Shown: piece after piece, positions 8,842-18,262 of the stretch
Position numbering within the stretch: position 1 is the stretch's first letter
Layout: every line of letters starts with the position of its first letter
From: Desulfatiglandales bacterium
Lineage (GTDB): Bacteria; Desulfobacterota; DSM-4660; Desulfatiglandales; Desulfatiglandaceae
Assembly (NCBI GenBank): GCA_963662465.1
Contig: OY759599.1
Location: forward strand, 5,440,001 to 5,504,000
Reading direction: 5' to 3'
DNA: 64,000 nt
Notes under the pieces: generated by a model
The model's database searches: none
The model's input: the letters and a program-made list of their open reading frames with translations, nothing else
What the model was told of the DNA's origin: nothing
Made by a program: the position numbers and the translations under genes

Positions 8842-10896
8842 TTAAACCACTTCAAAGCGGGAAACCTGTTCCTGCAGGCCCAGGGCCGCCTCGTTGAGGT
8901 CTTCCGCCGCCAACTTGAATTCCCTCAGAGATGCCAGCGTATCCTGTGTTGCCGCATCCAAATATCCCATGGTTTCACTGATCTGACCCGCACTTTCAGA
9001 CTGATTCGCCATCCCCTTGTTCACCACTTCGAAACCCGGGGGCAGGGTGCGCACTTTTTCCATGATCCCGGCCAATTGACTCCCCATATCTCTCATCTTG
9101 TGGGCCGTAGATTGAACCACCCCACTGAACTGTTCCATCTCGGAAGCCCCGGTGGAAACGGATTTTCCCATCTCATTTACCATGTCTTCGATATCCAGAG
9201 CCGCCACCGCGGTTTGGTCCGCCAATCGCCTGATTTCATTTGCAACCACCGAGAAACCGAGGCCATATTTCCCCGCTTTTTCCGCTTCAATGGCGGCATT
9301 CAAACTCAGCAGGTTGGTCTGATCCGCTACTTTGGTGATGGTGAGTACAATGGAACCGATATCCAATGCATTTTTTTTCATGGCTTCCAGCTTGGCTGAA
9401 ACCGATGCCGTCCCTTTCAGCACCTCTTGCATGGATGCTTCCATTCCCGCAAGACCTGATTGACCGGCCTCGGCCAGTTCCGCCGTCGCGGAAGCCGCCG
9501 CGGTCACTTTATCCACAGTGCCGGCAAGGGTTTCCGCCGTTTGGGAAATGAGCTTTGACGATGCATTGACCTGGGCCGTGGATGCCGCCTGTTGGTTCAT
9601 GGTGGCTTCCAGCCCTCTGGAAGATGCGGCGATCTCGGTGGAAGAAGCCGTCACCTGGTTGCCGGACCGCTGGATCTGACCAAGCAAGCCATTCAGGTTT
9701 TCGGCCATGCTTTGAAAGGCCGCAAAAAGAAGACCGGTTTCATCTCTGCTGGATGAAAATTTCGCGTGAAGTATATTCAGGGTCTTTTTGGCATTGATAA
9801 GCTTCCCTTCGGCGATTTCTCGCGCCACTCGGGTCAAATTGCTGATGGGATTGCAAATGCGTCTTACCGTAAAAAAGGCAATCACCAAAAACAGCGCAAT
9901 CTGAAAGGAGATCACCACAATGGACGTGATCATGTTGGCGTGGTTGAGGTCGTTGATCTTGGCGTACAGTTCTTTTTGGGGCGTCAGAACCCCCAGAACC
10001 ATTCCCGTCCCCGTCAGGGTGTAAAACAGCGAAAAGACTTCTCCCTTCAGCGTCAGTGTCTTGAGGAGGATATCCCCGGGTTTTATCCCGATGGCATCAG
10101 AAATGGCATCTCCCCACGCCAGGGTTTCGAGTTTCCGCAAAACTTTTGTGGGATTTGCCGGATATGAAATCAACAGCCGGCTGGAGAGATCCGCGGCGAA
10201 GGGAAAAGAATTGGGCGTCGGCGTCATTTGGGACACCATTGCCTGGAGCTTTTCCAAACTGAAATCCACCGTGGATATGCCGATGATCCGGTTCTTGGAA
10301 TCAACCATCAAGGCATCCACAGTAATCATAAGCGTCGTTGTGGCGGCTTCATCAAAATAGGGATCCGTCCAGTAAATGCCGGCAGACCTTTGCTGATTCC
10401 GATCCCACCCTTTTGGAATGGCCAGACAGTACCAATTCTGATTGTGATAGTCGTATTTGGGCGTGTTGAGGTCCCAGGTAAACGACACCTGATTGTTTTT
10501 TCTGAAGGCATAGGGGCCAAACCGTTCCTTATCATGAAACAGGGCATGGGGTTCATACCAGAGGCCGCCGCCGATGGCGTCTTCAAGCTTCTTAAAATTG
10601 TTTACCAGATAACCCTCGATCTGTGGGGTGATATCCCGGCCTGTTTCGCGAACAATGGCGAAAAATGCCTCGCCCGCCGTTGCCAGATCGACGGCATTTT
10701 GTTCCATGATCAGCATGGTGGTTTCAATCCGCGCGGCATTTTGCCCCACCGTGGCACGAATGTGATTTTCCGTTTCAATCGCCAGATTTTTCCCGATCAC
10801 CCGGGCGTTCCGGATCAGCAGCATACACCCCAGAAGAGAAGAAAAAGCAATCACCGCAACCATGAAAAGGATGTTTTGTTTAAGGGTTATCCGCAC
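8842..10896 (-). CDS. Methyl-accepting chemotaxis protein with dCache sensor domain (WspA-like)
   Basis: 'YDYHNQNWY', 'YWTDPYFDE', HAMP and MCP hairpin. Confidence 0.95.
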   Translation of the reverse strand: MRITLKQNILFMVAVIAFSSLLGCMLLIRNARVIGKNLAIETENHIRATVGQNAARIETTMLIMEQNAVDLATAGEAFFAIVRETGRDITPQIEGYLVNNFKKLEDAIGGGLWYEPHALFHDKERFGPYAFRKNNQVSFTWDLNTPKYDYHNQNWYCLAIPKGWDRNQQRSAGIYWTDPYFDEAATTTLMITVDALMVDSKNRIIGISTVDFSLEKLQAMVSQMTPTPNSFPFAADLSSRLLISYPANPTKVLRKLETLAWGDAISDAIGIKPGDILLKTLTLKGEVFSLFYTLTGTGMVLGVLTPQKELYAKINDLNHANMITSIVVISFQIALFLVIAFFTVRRICNPISNLTRVAREIAEGKLINAKKTLNILHAKFSSSRDETGLLFAAFQSMAENLNGLLGQIQRSGNQVTASSTEIAASSRGLEATMNQQAASTAQVNASSKLISQTAETLAGTVDKVTAAASATAELAEAGQSGLAGMEASMQEVLKGTASVSAKLEAMKKNALDIGSIVLTITKVADQTNLLSLNAAIEAEKAGKYGLGFSVVANEIRRLADQTAVAALDIEDMVNEMGKSVSTGASEMEQFSGVVQSTAHKMRDMGSQLAGIMEKVRTLPPGFEVVNKGMANQSESAGQISETMGYLDAATQDTLASLREFKLAAEDLNEAALGLQEQVSRFEVV

Positions 10897-11180
10897 ATTG
10901 AGCCTCTTTAGCGATGGAAACGGCGTCCATTATGGCGTCATTCTCTCCATGGACAGGGGAAATCGGGGTTACCCACCGATATCATTTATATAGGTATGCG
11001 GCGTTATGACGTCGCAATCAAAAGCAAAATATGATAGGATATTGGATCATCCCGTTAAATATTGGAATAATATAATACAATTTTGCGGGATGCAAGCCTT
11101 TCGGGCCCCATTTGAAACCCGTCGCATGGGAACGGGACAGACCCGGTGCATTCGAAACCATTAAGGACCTGAATCTCATC

Positions 11181-11528
11181 ATGAAGGTAACTGAAAAGAA
11201 AACTGGGGAAAACCGATCGGAACAGCGAACGATTCTGGATCAATATCGAAGCGTGGAGTTTTCCCTGAGCAAACAAGATCCCATCTTTCAATTTCGGGTT
11301 CGGGATGTATCCCCCTCCGGAATGGGGATTCTTGTCAACGAAGGGTCAATGGCATTGAAATACCTCAAAGTCGGCCGGATGTTTGACATGAAATACAATC
11401 CGGAAAACCCGAAAGAGTCGCCGGAACAGATGGAAACGGAAATCCGGCATATCACGCGTATTAATAATGGCCGTTACAGAGGGCATTATCTGGTGGGTTT
11501 GGCCGTCAAAACCAGAGCCAATCCTTAA
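11181..11528 (+). CDS. PilZ-domain (c-di-GMP-binding) protein
   Basis: RxxxR 'RSEQR' and DxSxxG 'DVSPSG' motifs; start taken at ATG 11181. Confidence 0.7.
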   Translation: MKVTEKKTGENRSEQRTILDQYRSVEFSLSKQDPIFQFRVRDVSPSGMGILVNEGSMALKYLKVGRMFDMKYNPENPKESPEQMETEIRHITRINNGRYRGHYLVGLAVKTRANP

Positions 11529-11685
11529 TTTCTTCCATTCTCCTGAAATTCAGGAACCCCGATGAAAAATGCAACCGTGTCGTTCAGGTTTGCTTTTCCC
11601 GTGAAACTTATGTCTTGACATGCTCAAGCAGATTACGATAGTAATATGTTGTTAATCCAATCTTTATCATAAATTTCACAAAACA

Positions 11686-12000
11686 ATGAGGAATGGCCCT
11701 ATGGTTTTCTGGCGGGTTCCGTTCGATTCGGAAGAAATTCAAATCACAACCGGCATCGTGTACATTCTGGAAGATCGCTGCAAGGGATGCGGCTTCTGTA
11801 TTGAATTCTGCCCGAGAAAGGTCCTGGCGTTTTCAAACCGGTTTAATGCCAAAGGATACCATCCGCCATCGGTGGTAAAACCGGATGATTGCGTGAACTG
11901 TCATTACTGTGAAATCATATGCCCTGAATTTGCCATTTATTCGGTGGAAGACCCCGCCATGAGTCCGGACGCGGCAACGCCCGAAACGGAGACAACATGA
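11686..12000 (+). CDS. korD: 2-oxoacid:ferredoxin oxidoreductase delta subunit (2x[4Fe-4S])
   Basis: CKGCGFCIEFCP and CVNCHYCEIICP; 'NAKGYHP'; ATGA overlap with alpha subunit. Confidence 0.85.
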   Translation: MRNGPMVFWRVPFDSEEIQITTGIVYILEDRCKGCGFCIEFCPRKVLAFSNRFNAKGYHPPSVVKPDDCVNCHYCEIICPEFAIYSVEDPAMSPDAATPETETT

Positions 12001-13142
12001 GACCCGCAATTCTGACCGGAGAACATTTCATGACCGGGGATATGGCCTGCGCCGAGGGCGCCCTGGCAGCCGGATGCCGGTTTTTCGGCGCCTACCCCAT
12101 AACGCCCGCTACTGAAATCGCCGAGCATATTTCCGGTCGGCTCCCCGAAGTGGGCGGCACCTTCATTCAAATGGAAGACGAGATCGCGGCCATGGCCTCC
12201 ATTGTGGGGGCCTCCTGCGCGGGGGTCAAAAGCATGACCGCCACTTCAGGACCCGGTTTCAGCCTGATGCTGGAAAATATCGGACTGGCCGTTTGCACGG
12301 AGACCCCCTGCGTGGTGGTGAATGTGCAGCGGGCAGGGCCATCAACCGGGCTTCCCACCCAGGGGGCACAGGGGGACATGATGCAGGCCCGGTGGGGTTC
12401 CCACGGCCATTATGAAATCATTGCCCTTTCCCCCATGTCGCCCCAGGAAATCTTTTTCCAGACCATCGAGGCCTTCAACCTCAGTGAAACCTACCGGGTG
12501 CCGGTACTGATCATGACCGACGAGATGATCGGCCACCTGAGCGAGCGGGTGGTAATTCCCGAGGCCAAAGCCATCAAGAGTCTCTCCCGGCCCAGGGCCA
12601 GGGGACGCAAGGACCGGTTCAAACCCTTTGCGCCGGGGCCCAATGGCGTAGCGCCTATGGCCATCGCCGGAGAAGGCTACCGAATTCACGTGACGGGACT
12701 GACCCACGACGAACGGGGTTATCCCGATATGACGGTGGAAGGTCAGGAAGTCATGATGGACCGGTTGGTGGGTAAAATCAGAAACAATCTGGACGACATT
12801 ATTAAAACGGAAGGCTACCGAATCGAAGATGCTGAAATCGTGATTATCTCCTACGGCGTTTCATCGAGAACCAGCCTGGCCGCCGTGGATGAAGCCCGCG
12901 AACAGGGCATCAAAGCAGGACTTTTGCGTCTGATTACCGTGTGGCCCTTTCCCGAAGAACAGATTCGAAAACTTGCCGCCAGGGTTAAGGGTTTCATGAC
13001 CGTGGAGCTCAATCTGGGGCAGATTCATCTGGAAGTGGAGCGGTGCGCCGGTGGGCGGGCGCCCTGCGTCCTGGTGGGGCATGCCGGGGGAACCATCATT
13101 ACGCCCGAACGTGTTTTGAACGTAATGAAAGAATCGTTTTAG
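11997..13142 (+). CDS. korA: 2-oxoacid:ferredoxin oxidoreductase alpha subunit
   Basis: 'YPITPAT', 'QMEDEIAA', 'ATSGPGFSL', 'QRAGPSTGLPT'. Confidence 0.92.
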   Translation: MRPAILTGEHFMTGDMACAEGALAAGCRFFGAYPITPATEIAEHISGRLPEVGGTFIQMEDEIAAMASIVGASCAGVKSMTATSGPGFSLMLENIGLAVCTETPCVVVNVQRAGPSTGLPTQGAQGDMMQARWGSHGHYEIIALSPMSPQEIFFQTIEAFNLSETYRVPVLIMTDEMIGHLSERVVIPEAKAIKSLSRPRARGRKDRFKPFAPGPNGVAPMAIAGEGYRIHVTGLTHDERGYPDMTVEGQEVMMDRLVGKIRNNLDDIIKTEGYRIEDAEIVIISYGVSSRTSLAAVDEAREQGIKAGLLRLITVWPFPEEQIRKLAARVKGFMTVELNLGQIHLEVERCAGGRAPCVLVGHAGGTIITPERVLNVMKESF

Positions 13143-13159
13143 TTGCTTAGGGTATAAGG

Positions 13160-14023
13160 ATGACATCCATGACGCAAACGAAAAAACAAATCGACCATCC
13201 CCTGGACGACCTGCTCAGGACGGACCGCATTCCCCATATCTGGTGCCCCGGTTGCGGCATTGGCACGGCCTTTGCGGCCTGCCTCACGGCCATTAAGGCC
13301 AGCGGCATCGATCTGGAAAAAACCGTGATGGTATCCGGCATCGGTTGTACGGGCCGAGGGGCGGGGTATGCGATGCTGGATTCCTACCATACCACCCATG
13401 GCCGGGCCATTCCCTTTGCAACCGGTCTGAAGCTGGCCAATCCCGAGCTGAATGTGGTGGTTTTCAGCGGCGACGGAGACCTCTTCGCCATTGGGGGGAA
13501 TCATTTTATCCATGGCGCCCGCCGGAACGTGGACCTCACAGTGGTCTGCGTAAACAACCTGAATTACGGCATGACCGGCGGGCAGGTGGCGGCGACTACC
13601 CCCCTTTCAGCCAAGACTACCACCACACCCTTGGGAAACCCGGACGGCCCCTTCAATCTGCCCCTCATGGCCTATGCGTCAGGCGCCACCTACGTATCCC
13701 GCTGGACCATTCTACATACCCGGGATCTGACGGAATCCATCAAGGATGCTCTGCTGAACCGCGGGTTCGCCTTCGTGGAAGTGCTTTCTCCCTGTCCCAT
13801 AAACTACGGCCGAAGAAACAAGGAAAGCGCTTTGGATTCCCTTCGATTGTACCAGGAAAAGACCATTATTAAAAATGACGCCCATCCCATGGAACTGGAT
13901 ATCGATTTCGACCGTGGCGTCATCCTGGGGAAATTCGTGGATATTGAACGACCCACCTGCATCGACCGGTACAACAGTACGTGCCGCCCCCCGGAACTCT
14001 TCAATGAAGAAAAGGCTGCCTGA
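13160..14023 (+). CDS. korB: 2-oxoacid:ferredoxin oxidoreductase beta subunit (TPP-binding)
   Basis: 'WCPGCG', 'SGIGC', 'HGRA', 'GDGD...GGNH', 'NNLNYGMTGGQ'. Confidence 0.92.
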   Translation: MTSMTQTKKQIDHPLDDLLRTDRIPHIWCPGCGIGTAFAACLTAIKASGIDLEKTVMVSGIGCTGRGAGYAMLDSYHTTHGRAIPFATGLKLANPELNVVVFSGDGDLFAIGGNHFIHGARRNVDLTVVCVNNLNYGMTGGQVAATTPLSAKTTTTPLGNPDGPFNLPLMAYASGATYVSRWTILHTRDLTESIKDALLNRGFAFVEVLSPCPINYGRRNKESALDSLRLYQEKTIIKNDAHPMELDIDFDRGVILGKFVDIERPTCIDRYNSTCRPPELFNEEKAA

Positions 14024-14024
14024 T

Positions 14025-14654
14025 ATGATTAAGAAAAACCAGCCCCCCCAACGCCAGGAGATTCTATTTACCGGATTCGGCGGCCAGGGCATTATTCTGG
14101 CGGGCCGCATCCTTGGCAAAGCCGCGGTGATCGGCGACCACAAGGAGAGCACCCTGGTGCAGGCCTATGGCCCGGAAGCCCGAGGCGGCGCGTGCAGCGC
14201 CGAGGTCATCATCGCCGACGGCGCTATCCATTATCCCTACGTGAGACATCCCGACGTGCTGGTCTGCATGAGCCAGGGCGGTTTTGACAAGTTCATCGGC
14301 AACATGAAAGAGGACGGGACCCTCATTGTTGACCAGGACCTGGTCGATCCAAATTCAGTTTCGAATAAGAGTAGGGGTGAAAAATTTTTCGCCCTTGAAT
14401 CCTATTTTGCGATTCCCTCTACGCGCATGGCCGAGGAATTGGGCCGAAAGATGATGGCCAATATTATCATGCTCGGCTTTTTTACCGCTATTACCGGCGC
14501 CATATCGCTTACTGCCGCGCAAAACGCCGTGAAAGAATCCGTGCCCAAGGGTACGGAAGAAAAAAACATCAAAGCCTTCACCAAGGGCTACGACTACGGT
14601 CTAGCCATACTCAAGGGGCGGGAAAAGAAGGCCTCGGGAAAGACGGGAGCCTGA
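14025..14654 (+). CDS. korC: 2-oxoacid:ferredoxin oxidoreductase gamma subunit
   Basis: 'GFGGQGIILAG', 'YGPEARGG', 'ANIIMLG'; start at ATG 14025 just after korB stop. Confidence 0.9.
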   Translation: MIKKNQPPQRQEILFTGFGGQGIILAGRILGKAAVIGDHKESTLVQAYGPEARGGACSAEVIIADGAIHYPYVRHPDVLVCMSQGGFDKFIGNMKEDGTLIVDQDLVDPNSVSNKSRGEKFFALESYFAIPSTRMAEELGRKMMANIIMLGFFTAITGAISLTAAQNAVKESVPKGTEEKNIKAFTKGYDYGLAILKGREKKASGKTGA

Positions 14655-14708
14655 AGCGGCAAGCCGCGGTTTTAAGTTTTAAGTTTTAGGTTTTAAGTTT
14701 TAAGTTTT
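14651..14708 (+). repeat. Dispersed repeat: GCGGCAAGCCGC hairpin plus (TTTTAAG)n heptamers
   Basis: ctgaagcggcaagccgcggttttaagttttaagttttagg...; inverted copy at 55951-56006. Confidence 0.75.
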
Positions 14709-14763
14709 TCTGTCAATAAATTCCTTGTTTTTTGTGACAGGTTTTTAGGAAATAAGGCACACC

Positions 14764-17700
14764 ATGAAACGTTCCAAAGATCGATTGCACAGGGTTGTCG
14801 TTATCGGCGCAAACCCGTCGGGAATTGCGGCCGCCAACAAACTGGGGGAGCTGGGCGTACCGGTGACCCTGGTGGAGCAGGCGGCGGACCTGAATGAAAA
14901 ACTCGCCTCCCATGAGTGGCGACTGCCGTCAGGGGTGCCTTTCAACTATGGCCATCGGCCCGGTCTGCTCCGAATTCTGAGGAATACTGAAATTCGCTGC
15001 ATTCTGCCGGCCCAGGTTACCTCCATCAAGCACACCCCCCAGGGATTTCGCGTTCGGATCAAAAATCCTGAAACCTACGTAGATGTCCGGCAATGCGTTC
15101 TCTGTGGCCGCTGTGCCGAAGTGTGTCCGGTTCGGACGCCGGACGGCCTCATGCCGATACGGTTCAATGGCCGACATGCCCTGCCTGGGAGACCGGTCAT
15201 CGACAAACGAAAACAACCCCCGTGTCAGTCCGCCTGCCCCCTGGGGGTTAACGCCCAGGCCTATGTGGCCCTGGCCCGGACCGGCCGATTTCGGGAAGCG
15301 CTTGAGGTAGTCCGAAGAGACAACATCCTTCCCGGCATCTGCGGCAGAATCTGTACCCACCCCTGTGAAGCGGCATGCCGGCGGGAAGAACTGGATGAAG
15401 CCATCGCTATTCGGGATATCAAACGGTTTTTGGCGGATTACGAAATCACCCATCCCCACGAAGCACCAGCGAAAAAACCGACCCTCCAAAATGAGACGGT
15501 GGCCGTCATCGGATCGGGGCCCGCGGGACTTTCGGCGGCCGCTGAACTGGCCCAGCTGGGCTATGGGGTAACGGTCTTTGAAAAAGAGGCTGAACCGGGC
15601 GGCCTGCTGCGATATGGGATCGGGCCGCACCGCCTGCCGCGGGAAATCCTGGATTACGATATCAATTATATCAAAAACCTGGGCGTTCAGTTTGAAACGT
15701 CTCACCCTGTGGATATTTCGAGTTCGTTAGATGATCTCAAAAATGACTTCCAGGCTGTGGTCACCACCGTGGGCGCCTGGACGGACCGGAAACTCGGCGT
15801 ACCCGGGGAAGATCTGGCCGGCATTGACGGATGTTTGGAGGTCTTGACGCGCCACTATCGCGAGGCCGGCGAAAAAGAAGGCAAAAACGCCTGTGAGAAC
15901 AACGATGCAAAACCCGGAAAAGTGGCGGTGATCGGCGACGGCAACGCAGCCTTTGACCTGGCACGCACCCTGTCCCGACTTGGGGACGACGTGACCATTA
16001 TCAGTTGGTTCCCCCTGGAACTGATCCCCGCGGATTCTCACGAGGTTCAGGGCGCCCGGGAAGAAGGCATTGCCATTGTGGATGCAACCAAGGTGATTGC
16101 CTTTGAAGGGGAAAACGGCCATTTGAATCGACTGCGCTGTCAGCCCACAAAACCGGGTGAACCGGACGAAAACGGCACGCCATGGCCGGTAATCATCTCC
16201 GAAGCTGACCCCTTTGACCTGATGTTTGATCGGGCAGTGGTGGCCATCGGCCAGCTGGGACCTTTTGCAAACATGGACCCCTCCGAAAAAACGCGTACGC
16301 CTTCCGGATTGGGAATCACGAAGCAGGGTTGCCTTGCGGTAGACGAATATTTTCATACAAACGTGGAAGGCATCTATGCTGCGGGAGATGCGGTGACAGG
16401 TCCTTCCAACGTGGTGCAGGCTATGGCCTCGGGGCGTGCGGCAGCCGGATCCATTCACAAAACTCTCACCCATGAAGATTTTTCCGTAACGGAAAGTGGA
16501 CGACCCCAGGACAGGGAATACCCTGACATTCCCGAAAATATTCCATCTCTTTCGCGGCCCACCATGCCCGAACGGCAACCCGGCATCCGAAGGGGTAACT
16601 TCTCCGAAGTGGCTATGGGCTTAAGCGAGTCACAAATCCTCTTTGAGGCTGAGCGATGTCTTCAATGCGGCATCTGTTCCGAATGCCTCCTTTGCGTGGA
16701 GGCCTGTAGCGCCATCGGCGCCATTCGTCACCAGGACCACGCAACGGAAAATGTGGAACACGCGGGGGTCGTGATCATCGCGGATCCTTTGGCGGCGCCG
16801 CCGGTCAAGGGTGAGGATGTGATCCGGGCCTACGGACCTAAAGCCGCCAAACCCAATGTGAACGCCATGATAGCTCGGGGGTTTGCTGCTGCGGCACATG
16901 CCATGGTACTGCTGGAGGAAGGTTCCCAAAGACCGAGAGGACGGGGGGTTTCCTTTTTTCCGCCGGATCCCGAACTTTCCCCCGACATCCGTATCGGCGT
17001 TTTCGTTTGCCGCTGCAATGACGCCTTCGGCTGGATGGATGAAATAGACCACCATGTGGCAGGCTTGCTCCGAACCGAGGAAATCGTTCACGCCCAGGTT
17101 ATGATGTCGGCCTGCGTGCCGGACGGCGCAGCGGAAATATTACGCACCATTCGGGAAAAAGGGCTCACCCGAGTGGTCCTGGCTTCCTGCGTGTGCTGCC
17201 CCCACGATTTTGTGTGCAGCGCCTGCACGGACCAGCGGAGCCGACTCAAGGATGCCCTGTTTCGCGGGACGGGCGTGAGCCGCGCCATGGTGGAAACCTG
17301 CAACCTGAGAGGCGAGGTGTTGCGACGCCTGGTGGATAACCCATCGTTAGCCCTGGACGGGGTTAAAGGATTGATCGGCAGGTCCATTAACCGGGCCAAG
17401 CATCTAAGGCCCCTGCCGGCCCCCATGCGAAACTACAACTTCACCACCGCAGTTATCGGGGAATCCGAAGCGGCCGTCAACAGCGCGCAAACCCTGGCGC
17501 TTGCGGGGTTTGAAGTCTTCATGTTCGGCATCCGGGACGAACCGCTGGAACAGACCCTGGACCATCCCAATATTCACGGTTTCAAAGGCTCTAAGATCAT
17601 GGCCATCGGCGGAACACTGGGGAATTTTCAGATTACCGTGGAAACGGAGGGCTTTTCCCAGGTCATGCAGGTCGGCGCCATTATCCTGGGGGAAAAGGCT

Positions 17701-18189
17701 CGGCGCCTGGTCCCCTATGTTCATCAGGAAGGCCTGCCCAACACGGTATTGACGGCGGCCATGCAGAAACAGGGGGTTCCCGACATTCCCTTTCACTATC
17801 CGGGAACCACCGCCATTTCAGGTCTCTTTCTGGCATCCACCCCCGGCATTGGAATTTCCCAGCGAAAGGAAGGGGCAGCCGCTGCGGTGCTGGCGGCGGC
17901 CGTCATGCCCAGGGGCCCCCGACAGAGCAAAGGGTTTACGGTGGTGGTGGATCAACAACGGTGTCGTGGATGTGGACGTTGCGTGGAGATATGCCCCTAT
18001 CGGGCCATTTCCTTTCAGCAAAACCGGGTTGGGGGATGGCACGCGGTGGTGGATGAGGCCCTTTGCAAGGGATGCGGCAATTGCATCTCTGTGTGTCCGT
18101 CCAATGCGGCGGACAGTCCCTATCGAAACCAGGAGCACCTGGAACAGATGCTTGAGGAAGTGCTTCTGGAAAAAAGTATTAGGGGCTGA
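14764..18189 (+). CDS. HdrL-like multidomain flavo/FeS protein (HdrA-like segments plus GltD/NAD(P)-binding module, several ferredoxin motifs)
   Basis: 'CVLCGRCAEVCP', GltD-type 'PCQSACP..CGRICTHPCE..C', 'VIGSGPAG', 'GIYAAGD', 'IGVFVCRC', terminal 2x[4Fe-4S]. Confidence 0.8.
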   Translation: MKRSKDRLHRVVVIGANPSGIAAANKLGELGVPVTLVEQAADLNEKLASHEWRLPSGVPFNYGHRPGLLRILRNTEIRCILPAQVTSIKHTPQGFRVRIKNPETYVDVRQCVLCGRCAEVCPVRTPDGLMPIRFNGRHALPGRPVIDKRKQPPCQSACPLGVNAQAYVALARTGRFREALEVVRRDNILPGICGRICTHPCEAACRREELDEAIAIRDIKRFLADYEITHPHEAPAKKPTLQNETVAVIGSGPAGLSAAAELAQLGYGVTVFEKEAEPGGLLRYGIGPHRLPREILDYDINYIKNLGVQFETSHPVDISSSLDDLKNDFQAVVTTVGAWTDRKLGVPGEDLAGIDGCLEVLTRHYREAGEKEGKNACENNDAKPGKVAVIGDGNAAFDLARTLSRLGDDVTIISWFPLELIPADSHEVQGAREEGIAIVDATKVIAFEGENGHLNRLRCQPTKPGEPDENGTPWPVIISEADPFDLMFDRAVVAIGQLGPFANMDPSEKTRTPSGLGITKQGCLAVDEYFHTNVEGIYAAGDAVTGPSNVVQAMASGRAAAGSIHKTLTHEDFSVTESGRPQDREYPDIPENIPSLSRPTMPERQPGIRRGNFSEVAMGLSESQILFEAERCLQCGICSECLLCVEACSAIGAIRHQDHATENVEHAGVVIIADPLAAPPVKGEDVIRAYGPKAAKPNVNAMIARGFAAAAHAMVLLEEGSQRPRGRGVSFFPPDPELSPDIRIGVFVCRCNDAFGWMDEIDHHVAGLLRTEEIVHAQVMMSACVPDGAAEILRTIREKGLTRVVLASCVCCPHDFVCSACTDQRSRLKDALFRGTGVSRAMVETCNLRGEVLRRLVDNPSLALDGVKGLIGRSINRAKHLRPLPAPMRNYNFTTAVIGESEAAVNSAQTLALAGFEVFMFGIRDEPLEQTLDHPNIHGFKGSKIMAIGGTLGNFQITVETEGFSQVMQVGAIILGEKARRLVPYVHQEGLPNTVLTAAMQKQGVPDIPFHYPGTTAISGLFLASTPGIGISQRKEGAAAAVLAAAVMPRGPRQSKGFTVVVDQQRCRGCGRCVEICPYRAISFQQNRVGGWHAVVDEALCKGCGNCISVCPSNAADSPYRNQEHLEQMLEEVLLEKSIRG

Positions 18190-18262
18190 ATGAAAACAAC
18201 GGTGAACCGTTTTTTAATCCAGGAGCTAAAAGCTAACGGCTAACAGCTGACGGCTTATCATC

